Part shown: positions 26,917 to 35,356 of the stretch, piece by piece
How the letters are laid out: every line of letters begins with the position of its first letter
How positions within the stretch are numbered: position 1 is the stretch's first letter
Source of the DNA: an uncultured virus (IMG/VR IMGVR_UViG_3300033996_000365)
Lineage: Duplodnaviria; Heunggongvirae; Uroviricota; Caudoviricetes
Strand: one strand, 5' to 3'
DNA length: 64,000 bases
Virus record (IMG/VR): IMGVR_UViG_3300033996_000365
The notes under the pieces: generated by a model
Told to the model about the DNA's origin: nothing
Databases searched by the model: none
What the model saw: only the letters and a program-made list of their open reading frames with translations
Program-made: the position numbers and the translations under genes

Positions 26917-27167
26917 CCATCACACTAACCCGCGAGGAAGCACAGCAGTTATTAGAAGTGTTTGAATTGTTTTTAGAGGAAGCTGAAGACGTTACCACCC
27001 TTGAAAACAACTTAGTCAAAATGCTCCGCACCCGAATAGCGCAGCCTGAACGCGAATGGCAGGGACTAACGGATGAGGAAATAGATCAAGTCGCCGCAAG
27101 TTTTGGTTATGGGTACATAGACGTTGCACGAGCCATCGAAGCCAAGCTGAAGGAGAAGAACACATGA
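26913..27167 (+). CDS. mosaic small protein (MTITLTREEAQQ...AIEAKLKEKN)
   Basis: Shares DNA blocks with 24952 and 25164. Confidence 0.7.
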   Translation: MTITLTREEAQQLLEVFELFLEEAEDVTTLENNLVKMLRTRIAQPEREWQGLTDEEIDQVAASFGYGYIDVARAIEAKLKEKNT

Positions 27168-27934
27168 TCGACGGCAAGCCCACCATCATGATTGGCACGC
27201 CCGCTTACGGCGGTGCCATGTTCATGGAATACGTAGACAGTATGCTGCGCAACGTCAGCTTCCTTGAGAGCAAGGGCATCAAGACACGCTGGCAGTTCAT
27301 GAACAAAGAGGCGCTGATCACTCGCGCCCGCAACGAGATCGCTCGGTATTTCTTGGATGAAACCCAAGACGATTACCTGATGTTTGTTGACGCCGATATC
27401 TGGTTCCCGACAGACGGAATCTACAAGCTACTCCAGCACAACAAGGAGATGGTGTGCGGTATCTATCCCAAGAAGTTTATGTTCTGGGATCGCATCCGGC
27501 AGGCAGCGTTGCGGGGAGAGCAGGACATCGACAAGTTCGGCTGCTCGTATGTGTTGAACGCAGTGAACGATCAGGGTGATCCAGACAAAGTACCGCTGGG
27601 ACCAGACGGCCTGGTAGAAGTTATGCACGGCGGCACAGGGTTCATGATGATCCACAGAAGCGTGTTCAAGGCGCTGCGATTCAAGGTGCCTACCTACCGC
27701 ACCAGCCTGATCACCAACCCAGCGAACGGCCAGTTCCTTGCACCGCTCACCCGCGAGTTCTTCGGCACCAGCATCACAGAGCTAGGACTGCTGTTGTCAG
27801 AGGACTATCACTTCTGTGAGCTGTGGAAAAAAGAGAGTGGCAGAATATACGCCGATCCCACTATTGAGTTACGCCACGTAGGACAGCATGTCTTCGCGGG
27901 TGACTTGATGCGGGCTGGAAGAAACAACACTTAG
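27164..27934 (+). CDS. GT-A fold glycosyltransferase, paralog of 30070
   Basis: TPAYGG, LITRARN, MFVDAD, GTGFMMI, LSEDYHFC, HVG. Confidence 0.75.
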   Translation: MIDGKPTIMIGTPAYGGAMFMEYVDSMLRNVSFLESKGIKTRWQFMNKEALITRARNEIARYFLDETQDDYLMFVDADIWFPTDGIYKLLQHNKEMVCGIYPKKFMFWDRIRQAALRGEQDIDKFGCSYVLNAVNDQGDPDKVPLGPDGLVEVMHGGTGFMMIHRSVFKALRFKVPTYRTSLITNPANGQFLAPLTREFFGTSITELGLLLSEDYHFCELWKKESGRIYADPTIELRHVGQHVFAGDLMRAGRNNT

Positions 27935-27942
27935 GAGGAAAC

Positions 27943-28185
27943 ATGTTACGAGATGGACAGTTCATCAAAGAACCACCGCCGAAGATCGGCAGCCACTATG
28001 TGCCGCAGTTCTATCAGACGGTGCAGGAAAGAAGCGGCGCGATAGAAAGCGAGAACAGATGGGAAGCGTTCTACCGCAAGAACATCTCTTCGTTTGACGT
28101 TGGCGCAATCATGATTCTGATGTACGTGGTACTCGCTTTTGTCATCACCGTTCTGCGCGAGTTATTTCACCTGTTGTTTGGATGA
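27943..28185 (+). CDS. small membrane protein
   Basis: AGGAGG SD; C-terminal hydrophobic helix. Confidence 0.6.
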   Translation: MLRDGQFIKEPPPKIGSHYVPQFYQTVQERSGAIESENRWEAFYRKNISSFDVGAIMILMYVVLAFVITVLRELFHLLFG

Positions 28186-28397
28186 GCCGGAGGTTATTTC
28201 AGATGGCAAACGAAGCCGCAGAGGGTGAAGACCTGATCTACGCGCCGGACGCTGCCGCTATGGCGTGGATGCGGAAGTTCTCGAAGATGGTAACGCTGAC
28301 AGAACGAGAACGCTGCGCCGCGCTGGTAGAGAAGCTGGGCATAGAAGGCTACGGCACGCTTGCCATAGCCGCCATCATTAGGAAGGGGGAGGAATGA
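28182..28397 (+). CDS. hypothetical protein
   Basis: ATGA-coupled; ERERCA motif. Confidence 0.6.
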   Translation: MSRRLFQMANEAAEGEDLIYAPDAAAMAWMRKFSKMVTLTERERCAALVEKLGIEGYGTLAIAAIIRKGEE

Positions 28398-29350
28398 AGG
28401 TAGGCATCCATAACCATTATGAGTTCATCACCCGCGACGGATACCTATTCAAGAACGAGAACAGTGACGTAGGCCACAACCTGCTGCGTCCGTGGATGGA
28501 GCTGCACAATATGTGCAAGCTGACCGGTATTGACCTGTACACACTTGACCAGGTGGATCCACGAGAACTGGACTTCGTAATCTACATGGACCGCCCGCGT
28601 GTGGAGCCGGACATCGGCAACGCCCGAAAAGCACTGGTGCTGTACGAGCCGCCAGCCATCCTGCCGGACAACTGGGATCCCGCCTATCATGACCAGTTCA
28701 CCAAAGTGCTGACATGGAACGACGAGCTTGTGGGTAAGGGCGGCTGGGTTTATGAGAAGCACAACTTCACCGTGGACTGGGAAGCCCGGCAACGTTGCCA
28801 CATGACGGAGGAAGAGTTCCGCGCCCGCAAGCTGCTGACCATCATCCAGTCAGCCAAGAACATGCAGTTCCCCGGCAGCCTGTACACCAAGCGGATCGAA
28901 GCCATCCTCTGGTTCCAACAGAACGACATGTTCCAGTTCGACCTGCACGGCTACGGGTGGAATATCAAAAACTTCCACTGCTACAAGGGCAAGACAGAGA
29001 ACAAGCTGAAGACGTACAGCAACTACCGGTTCGCCCTGACATTCGAGAACTGCGACAACGCCGTCGGCTATATCAGCGAGAAGATTCTAGACGCCTTCAT
29101 GGCAGGGATTGTGCCGGTGTACTGGGGTGCGCCCAACGTCACCGACCACATCCCGCCCGAGTGTTTTATTGACATGCGGGAGTTTGGTGGCTGGCAAGAT
29201 TTACACGGCTACCTCACCAACATGGACTACGCCCGCTACGCCGAATACCTCGAGGCCATCGACGGATTCATCCTGTCAGACAAGGCCAATCAATTTAGCA
29301 ACGAGCATGAAGTCAAACAACTGTACCGACTGATAGAGAGGAACAGATGA
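28394..29350 (+). CDS. GT10 (alpha-1,3-fucosyltransferase-like) glycosyltransferase
   Basis: YRFALTFEN...GYISEKILDAFMAGIVPVYWG signature. Confidence 0.85.
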   Translation: MKVGIHNHYEFITRDGYLFKNENSDVGHNLLRPWMELHNMCKLTGIDLYTLDQVDPRELDFVIYMDRPRVEPDIGNARKALVLYEPPAILPDNWDPAYHDQFTKVLTWNDELVGKGGWVYEKHNFTVDWEARQRCHMTEEEFRARKLLTIIQSAKNMQFPGSLYTKRIEAILWFQQNDMFQFDLHGYGWNIKNFHCYKGKTENKLKTYSNYRFALTFENCDNAVGYISEKILDAFMAGIVPVYWGAPNVTDHIPPECFIDMREFGGWQDLHGYLTNMDYARYAEYLEAIDGFILSDKANQFSNEHEVKQLYRLIERNR

Positions 29351-30060
29351 ACATCGCGGTGATTACCAGCACACGAGGCCGCGAGACGATCCGGCAGGCT
29401 ATAGACAGCGTGAAGGCGCAAACCATAAAGGCTAGACACTATGTCTTCGCACACGGTAAAGATTGTTGGGACGCTACGGCGGCAGCTACAGCGGGCAGTA
29501 ACGTTGATGTTGTTTATCTTCCAGTTGCCAACGGGGGTGGGGGTTATGCTATGGCTCCTGTTTACGCTGCTGCTCCTTACTTGGTCGGTGAAGACCTGAT
29601 CTTCTACCTCGACGACGACAACTTCTACGACCCTGACCATATCGAATCCATCGTTAACCTGATGGAGCAGCATGAACTTGGCTGGGCGTACAGCCTGCGC
29701 AAGATCGTGGACAACGACGGCAACCCCGTCTGCGAGGACAACTGCGAATCGCTGGGCTGCCACCGGAACTCACACGGGCATTACTTGGTGGACAACTCAT
29801 GTTACGCCGTGCGTACAGAACACGCCCGTCAGCACAGCCATGCGTGGTACGTACCCATCGTATCTGACCGCTCGTTCCAAGCTGCGCTGATGCAGGCCAA
29901 GATCAAGTGCGGCACTACCGGCAAACACAGTGTCAGCTACCGCCTGTCTAGCGACGGCAGCGGTGGCATGACCAAAGAGAAATTCCTCGGCAACAACGAG
30001 TGGATGGCACAGCATCGTCCAGGCTTTGAATGGACAAAAAAGCAGATCTTTAACTTCTAG
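29347..30060 (+). CDS. GT2 glycosyltransferase
   Basis: AIDSVKAQT, IFYLDDDN DxD motif. Confidence 0.8.
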   Translation: MNIAVITSTRGRETIRQAIDSVKAQTIKARHYVFAHGKDCWDATAAATAGSNVDVVYLPVANGGGGYAMAPVYAAAPYLVGEDLIFYLDDDNFYDPDHIESIVNLMEQHELGWAYSLRKIVDNDGNPVCEDNCESLGCHRNSHGHYLVDNSCYAVRTEHARQHSHAWYVPIVSDRSFQAALMQAKIKCGTTGKHSVSYRLSSDGSGGMTKEKFLGNNEWMAQHRPGFEWTKKQIFNF

Positions 30061-30069
30061 GAGAATGGA

Positions 30070-30834
30070 ATGGCAAAACTTTTCGTAGCGACCCCGATGT
30101 ACGGCGGTCAATGCTTTGGCTACTTTACCCAGTCAATCATGACCTTGCAGAACAACCTGCGTGAGAACCGTGTAGACATGGCGTGCAGCTTTCTGTTCAA
30201 CGAGTCGCTCATCCAACGCGCCCGCAACGCGCTAGTCCATGGCTTCCTGAAGACAGACTTCACGCACATGATGTTCATCGACGCGGACATTCACTTCGAT
30301 CCCAAAGACGTGCTGCCCATGCTGCTAGCAGACAAGCCAATCATCTGCGGCATCTACCCTAAGAAGGAAATCAACTGGGCGAACGTCCATGCAGCCGCGC
30401 TGGCAGGCGTACCACCGCAAGACCTGCGCAAGTACAGCGGTTCGTTCGTGGTCAATCTGGTCAACTACCAGAACGAGCAGCGCGTAGAACTGGACAAGCC
30501 GGTAGAGATTTGGAACGGTGGCACGGGCTTCATGATGATCAAGCGCGAGGTCTTCGAGCAGCTCAAGGAACACGTGCCTACCTATGTCAACGACACCAAC
30601 GATCTTGGCGGCAACATGGGTAATGACCGTATCCATGAGTTCTTTGCTACCAGCATTGAGCCGATGGGCGAGCGCCTGCTATCCGAGGACTACCACTTCT
30701 GCAAGATCTGGCGCGACCATTGTGGCGGCACAGTCTGGGCAGCACCGTGGGTACAGCTTGCACACATCGGCACCCACAAGTTCGACGGCATCCTGACAGA
30801 GAAGCCACAGGCTCCTAAACCACAAGAGGTGTAA
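30070..30834 (+). CDS. GT-A fold glycosyltransferase, paralog of 27164
   Basis: TPMYGG, ESLIQRARN, MFIDAD, LSEDYHFC, HIG. Confidence 0.75.
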   Translation: MAKLFVATPMYGGQCFGYFTQSIMTLQNNLRENRVDMACSFLFNESLIQRARNALVHGFLKTDFTHMMFIDADIHFDPKDVLPMLLADKPIICGIYPKKEINWANVHAAALAGVPPQDLRKYSGSFVVNLVNYQNEQRVELDKPVEIWNGGTGFMMIKREVFEQLKEHVPTYVNDTNDLGGNMGNDRIHEFFATSIEPMGERLLSEDYHFCKIWRDHCGGTVWAAPWVQLAHIGTHKFDGILTEKPQAPKPQEV

Positions 30835-32067
30835 ATGTTTACAGCCGGACAGACTTATATCCCTGCCTCCGGGCAGGTGGTAGGCGACCGCGAGAAGGAG
30901 CTGATGCACGAAGCTGTCGACCGTGGCTGGTTGACGGCAGGCGCATTTAACCGGCAACTGGAAGAAGGGCTGACCAAGTTCTTAGGCTGCAAGGCCGTCA
31001 GGACTACCAGCTCTGGCAGCTCTGCCAACCTGCTGGCCTTCTCTGCCCTGACCAGCCCGTCGCTAGGCAAGCGGGCAATCCAGAGGGGCGATGAGGTTAT
31101 CAGCGTTGCCTGCGGCTTTCCCACCACCATCGCGCCGATCATCCAGTTCGGTGCGGTGCCGGTGTTCTTGGATGTCAACAGCACCCTGAACATCGACACC
31201 CGTACGCTGGAGCAAGCCATCACCAGCAAGACCAAAGCCATCATGATCGCGCACACGCTGGGCAATCCGTTCAACGTGGATGCCATCATGGAGGTGGCAG
31301 ACAGGTATGGTCTGTGGGTTATCGAGGACTGCTGCGATGCGCTGGGTTCCCGCTGGCGCAACCAGAACGTCGGCACGTTTGGTGATCTTGCCACCCTGTC
31401 TTTCTTCCCGGCGCACCACATCACCACGGGCGAAGGCGGGGCGGTCATCATCAACAACACCAAGCTGTCTCGGCTGGTGGAGTCCTTCCGCGACTGGGGC
31501 AGGGACTGCTGGTGCGAGCCAGGTAAGAACAACACCTGCAAGCGCCGGTTCGATCAACAGTTTGGCGAACTGCCCTACGGCTACGATCACAAGTACGTCT
31601 ACACCCATCTGGGCTACAACCTGCGGATCACCGAGATGCAGGCTGCCTGCGGCGTGGCACAGCTTGAGAAGCTGCACCAGTTCATCTCTACCCGCAAGAG
31701 CAACTACGGGTACTTGCGCCAGCGTCTGGATGCCTATGATCATTTCTGGTTTCCAACCGTCTACGCAGATGCGTCGCCTAGCTGGTTCGGCTTTCCCATC
31801 ACGGTATCGCCGACTGCCAAGTTCTCGCGAGATGCGCTGACCCAGTTCCTTGAGAGCCGTCAGATCGGATGCCGCCTGCTGTTTGCTGGCAACGCGACCA
31901 AGCAGCCGTTCTTGCAGGGACAGAACTACCGCGTCCACGGCACGCTGGAGAACACGGACTACGTGATGAACAACACGTTCTGGCTGGGCGTACAGCCTGC
32001 GCTGACAGAGGAGATGCTGGCCTATGTCTGCGACACCATCGACGAGTTTATAAAGGAAAACGGATGA
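30835..32067 (+). CDS. rfbH: CDP-4-keto-6-deoxy-D-glucose 3-dehydrase (E1/DdhC)
   Basis: DegT-family fold with SFFPAHHITTGEGG (His in place of the Schiff-base Lys), EDCCD, RDCWC...TC, YDHKY. Confidence 0.9.
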   Translation: MFTAGQTYIPASGQVVGDREKELMHEAVDRGWLTAGAFNRQLEEGLTKFLGCKAVRTTSSGSSANLLAFSALTSPSLGKRAIQRGDEVISVACGFPTTIAPIIQFGAVPVFLDVNSTLNIDTRTLEQAITSKTKAIMIAHTLGNPFNVDAIMEVADRYGLWVIEDCCDALGSRWRNQNVGTFGDLATLSFFPAHHITTGEGGAVIINNTKLSRLVESFRDWGRDCWCEPGKNNTCKRRFDQQFGELPYGYDHKYVYTHLGYNLRITEMQAACGVAQLEKLHQFISTRKSNYGYLRQRLDAYDHFWFPTVYADASPSWFGFPITVSPTAKFSRDALTQFLESRQIGCRLLFAGNATKQPFLQGQNYRVHGTLENTDYVMNNTFWLGVQPALTEEMLAYVCDTIDEFIKENG

Positions 32068-33845
32068 AGGCTTCTGACTACATCTGCTCGAGGATCAAGG
32101 AGCTAACAGGGACGGACACCGTATTCCTGCTGTCCGGCGGAGGCATGATGCACCTGCTGGACAGCGTGGGCAAAACGGATGGCCTGAAGTACATGCACTT
32201 GCACCACGAGCAGTCCTGTGGATTCGCAGCCTACGCTTACGGCAGGACGGTCAACTCGACGGGCGTCCTGTTTGTAACCTCTGGCCCCGGCGGTACGAAT
32301 GCCATCACCGCCGTGGCGTCAGCGTTTGCAGACAGCGTACCCATGCTGATCATCTCCGGCAACATCACCCAGACCTTCTCGGCACACGGGCTGAACCTGC
32401 GGATGAGGGGCTTTCAAGAACTGGATATCGTCGAGGTGGTCAAGCCCATCACCAAGTACGCCAAGTTCATCAGCTCCCCGCAGGACGTCAGGCGAGAACT
32501 GGAGAAGGCCGTCTTCATTGCTAACGACGGACGCCCCGGACCTGTCTGGCTGGACATCCCGCTGGACGTACAGTGCGCTGACATCAGCCATGATTTGCAG
32601 GAAGGCTTCACCGGCTTTAGTTCCAACGCCGCGCCGACACCGGAGCTGGTGCAGTCCATCATGCACAAGCTGCACACAGCCGCTCGTCCGCTGATCCTCT
32701 TTGGTAACGGCACCTACACCAGCGGTGGCAAGGATGCCGCTAGACAGTTAGCCAAGACGTTCAACGTCCCGGTGCAGACAACCTGGGGTGCAGTAGACCT
32801 GATCCCAGACAGCTATCCCAACTACTTCGGGCGATCCAATTCGTTCGGACCACGCTACCCCAACATCATCATCCAGAACGCCGACTACATCCTGTCTATC
32901 GGTGCTCGACTGGGTGTACAGCACACCAGCCACAACATCGAAACCTTTGCCCGGCAGGCATTCGTTGACATGATTGACCTTGACCCAGCAGAAGCAAACA
33001 AGCCGGGGCTGAATGTCGGCAGGCACTCACGAGTCTGCGCCAAGAAGCTGATAGACGAGCTGCTGAAGCAAGGGCTGGTACGAGCCAACAAGGATTGGCT
33101 GGACTATTGCCAGAAGGTCAAGGACAGGTTCCCTGTTGCGCCTACCATGCAGGCGGTGAGAGACGATCACTACGTGGATCCGTACTACTTCTACTCCGAG
33201 CTTGGCAACCAGTTGCCGGATGACGCTGTGCTGACACCGACAGGATCAGGACAGGCATTCATCATCGGCCATCAGGTGCTGAAGATAAAAGAGTCCACCC
33301 GGATGTTCGGTGCCAAGAACCTAGCCATGATGGGATCCTGCCTGCCGTCAGCTATCGGGGCGCACATGGCAACAGGCAAGCAGATCATCTGCGTGACAGG
33401 CGACGGCGGCATACAGCTCAACTTGCAAGAGCTTGCCATCATCAAGCACCACAACCTGCCTATCAAGATATTCGTGTTCAACAACGCTGGGTATCACGCC
33501 ATCAGGATCACGCAGGAGAAGTACTTCGACAGTAGATACGTTGGATCTACCGAGCATACCGGCGTCCACATCCCGTCGTTCTCCAACGTTGCCAACTGCT
33601 ACGGCCTGCGGTATCGCAAGCTACACAGCAACGTGCAGATTAAAACCCTGATCGCCAACGTGCTGACCACGAACGAGCCAGAGATCATCGAGGTCATCCT
33701 TGACCCGCATAAGCCGACGGAACCAACCATCGGTTCGTACATGCGCTCGGACGGCACGATGTCATCACGGCCATTGGAGGATATGGTGCCGCTGGTGGAC
33801 AGGGAAGAGTTGCGCAGCCTGATGTTTATCGACTTAATGGACTAG
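32064..33845 (+). CDS. ThDP-dependent carboligase, acetolactate-synthase fold (YerE-like)
   Basis: HHEQ, TSGPGGTN, GRPGPVWLDIP, GDGG...NN; ATG at 32064 overlaps rfbH stop. Confidence 0.85.
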   Translation: MKASDYICSRIKELTGTDTVFLLSGGGMMHLLDSVGKTDGLKYMHLHHEQSCGFAAYAYGRTVNSTGVLFVTSGPGGTNAITAVASAFADSVPMLIISGNITQTFSAHGLNLRMRGFQELDIVEVVKPITKYAKFISSPQDVRRELEKAVFIANDGRPGPVWLDIPLDVQCADISHDLQEGFTGFSSNAAPTPELVQSIMHKLHTAARPLILFGNGTYTSGGKDAARQLAKTFNVPVQTTWGAVDLIPDSYPNYFGRSNSFGPRYPNIIIQNADYILSIGARLGVQHTSHNIETFARQAFVDMIDLDPAEANKPGLNVGRHSRVCAKKLIDELLKQGLVRANKDWLDYCQKVKDRFPVAPTMQAVRDDHYVDPYYFYSELGNQLPDDAVLTPTGSGQAFIIGHQVLKIKESTRMFGAKNLAMMGSCLPSAIGAHMATGKQIICVTGDGGIQLNLQELAIIKHHNLPIKIFVFNNAGYHAIRITQEKYFDSRYVGSTEHTGVHIPSFSNVANCYGLRYRKLHSNVQIKTLIANVLTTNEPEIIEVILDPHKPTEPTIGSYMRSDGTMSSRPLEDMVPLVDREELRSLMFIDLMD

Positions 33846-33853
33846 GAGGCGAC

Positions 33854-34765
33854 GTGAAGATCATCATCATGGGGGCAAGTAGCCACCTTGCCCGTGACCT
33901 AATTACGTCCTTCAGCGACGAGCATTTCCTAGAACTATTTTCCCGCGACGCCGGTGTCATGAGCCGGTGGATGGTTGAGCACAACCTGAAGAACTTTTTC
34001 TCCCGGACGTACTCCAACTTCGCGTCCATGGCTAAGAACGCAGACGTCATCATCAACTTCGTCGGTGCTGGCAACCCAGAGCGCATCAGGAATATGGGCA
34101 GCAATATCTTCCAGATCACGGAGACGTTCGACAAGATGGCACTGGACTATCTGGTCGAGAACCGTGACTGCAAGTACATCTTTATCAGCAGCGGTGCTGT
34201 GTTCGGCGACAACTTCAACACGCCTGCCGACGCACACAAGTGTGCTACCTACCCTGTCAACAACATCCAGCCGCATCACTATTACGGGTTGGCAAAGCTG
34301 GCCGCAGAGACGCGCCACCGCGTGACACCGGGCTGCATCATGGATCTGCGGATGTACAACTACTTCAGCCACACCGCTGACCTGAACAGTCGGTTCATGA
34401 TCAACGACATGATCCGGGCAGTAAAGGAAGGCATCGTGTTCCGCGCAGACAGAACGCCAATCGTACGGGATTACGTCGGCTCACTAGACTTCTTCCAGAT
34501 GATCAACGTCCTGCTAGGCCAGAATATCAATACCGCTATCGACTGCTACAGCCGCCAGCCCGTGACAAAAGAAATGCTGCTCGACTGTATGAGCAAACGG
34601 TACGGTATGAAGTATGAGATTGTTAATACCCCAGCAGGTCTTCCTGCAACGGGCATCAAACAGAACTATTATTCTACGAACACAGACGCGTATGCGCTGG
34701 GATATAGACCGACGCTGAGTTCTTTGGAGACGATCTATCTTGCAGCAGACAAACTCCTCAAGTGA
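33854..34765 (+). CDS. NAD-dependent epimerase/reductase (extended SDR, possibly YerF-like)
   Basis: IIIMGASSHLA Rossmann start, FISSGAVFG, YGLAK. Confidence 0.8.
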   Translation: MKIIIMGASSHLARDLITSFSDEHFLELFSRDAGVMSRWMVEHNLKNFFSRTYSNFASMAKNADVIINFVGAGNPERIRNMGSNIFQITETFDKMALDYLVENRDCKYIFISSGAVFGDNFNTPADAHKCATYPVNNIQPHHYYGLAKLAAETRHRVTPGCIMDLRMYNYFSHTADLNSRFMINDMIRAVKEGIVFRADRTPIVRDYVGSLDFFQMINVLLGQNINTAIDCYSRQPVTKEMLLDCMSKRYGMKYEIVNTPAGLPATGIKQNYYSTNTDAYALGYRPTLSSLETIYLAADKLLK

Positions 34766-34901
34766 TCGTTGGTGCGCGTACTGTTATAGCTTCAGGCGTA
34801 CGCCAGGCGGCTACTTCAGAACAGTAGGTAAGCGTCGGCAGTGGATGTGTAAAGAATGCTACTCAAAAATAAGGCCAAAAAATGTGGTGCCCGACATGTG
34901 A
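34740..34901 (+). CDS. 53 aa CxxC-CxxC zinc finger protein
   Basis: TTG start; WCAYC...WMCKEC; fills the gap; read manually. Confidence 0.5.
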   Translation: MQQTNSSSDRWCAYCYSFRRTPGGYFRTVGKRRQWMCKECYSKIRPKNVVPDM

Positions 34902-35085
34902 CAAACCTACCCAAGTAATCGACACCCGTAAGTATCAAGACGTTTCTCGTACCTTCGACTTTGTGCAGCGCCAGCGGATTTGCCGCGAGTGCAACCAGCG
35001 GTTTCAGTCAATTGAAATACCGCAGGAAGTATGGGAGCGGCACTATGACCCGAACCTAGAGGCAGAGCAGATTGAAAACGATTAA
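34882..35085 (+). CDS. NrdR-like zinc ribbon protein without ATP cone
   Basis: MWCPTC...TQVIDTR...RQRICREC..RFQSIE parallels the NrdR N-terminus. Confidence 0.7.
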   Translation: MWCPTCDKPTQVIDTRKYQDVSRTFDFVQRQRICRECNQRFQSIEIPQEVWERHYDPNLEAEQIEND

Positions 35086-35356
35086 GGAGTACATGAACGA
35101 AGTAGCCAACATTGGCTGCGTTCTCTGCCATCACCTTGGCTACGGTCATACCCCTGCTCACCTGCACCACCCGCGTGATGCGGTGGGCGGGGCGCAGCGG
35201 GCTTCTGACTGGCTTGTGATTCCGCTTTGCCCAGAACACCATCAGGGGCAGTCTGGCTACCACGGGTTAGGAAGCAGAGGCTTTTATACACGGTACAAGC
35301 TTACCGAGTGGGATCTGATGGCGATGACTATCGAGCGCCTGCAAACTGCTTCTTGA
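35072..35356 (+). CDS. Ref/DUF968-like HNH nuclease
   Basis: GCVLC...HH...VIPLCPEHH. Confidence 0.75.
   Translation: MKTIKEYMNEVANIGCVLCHHLGYGHTPAHLHHPRDAVGGAQRASDWLVIPLCPEHHQGQSGYHGLGSRGFYTRYKLTEWDLMAMTIERLQTAS

Noticed and set aside
31869..33845. Acetolactate synthase as an amino-acid metabolic gene, and the 658 aa start
   Set aside because: Context between rfbH and an SDR with no regulatory subunit favours sugar branching; the first 65 codons overlap rfbH and an ATGA-coupled start exists at 32064
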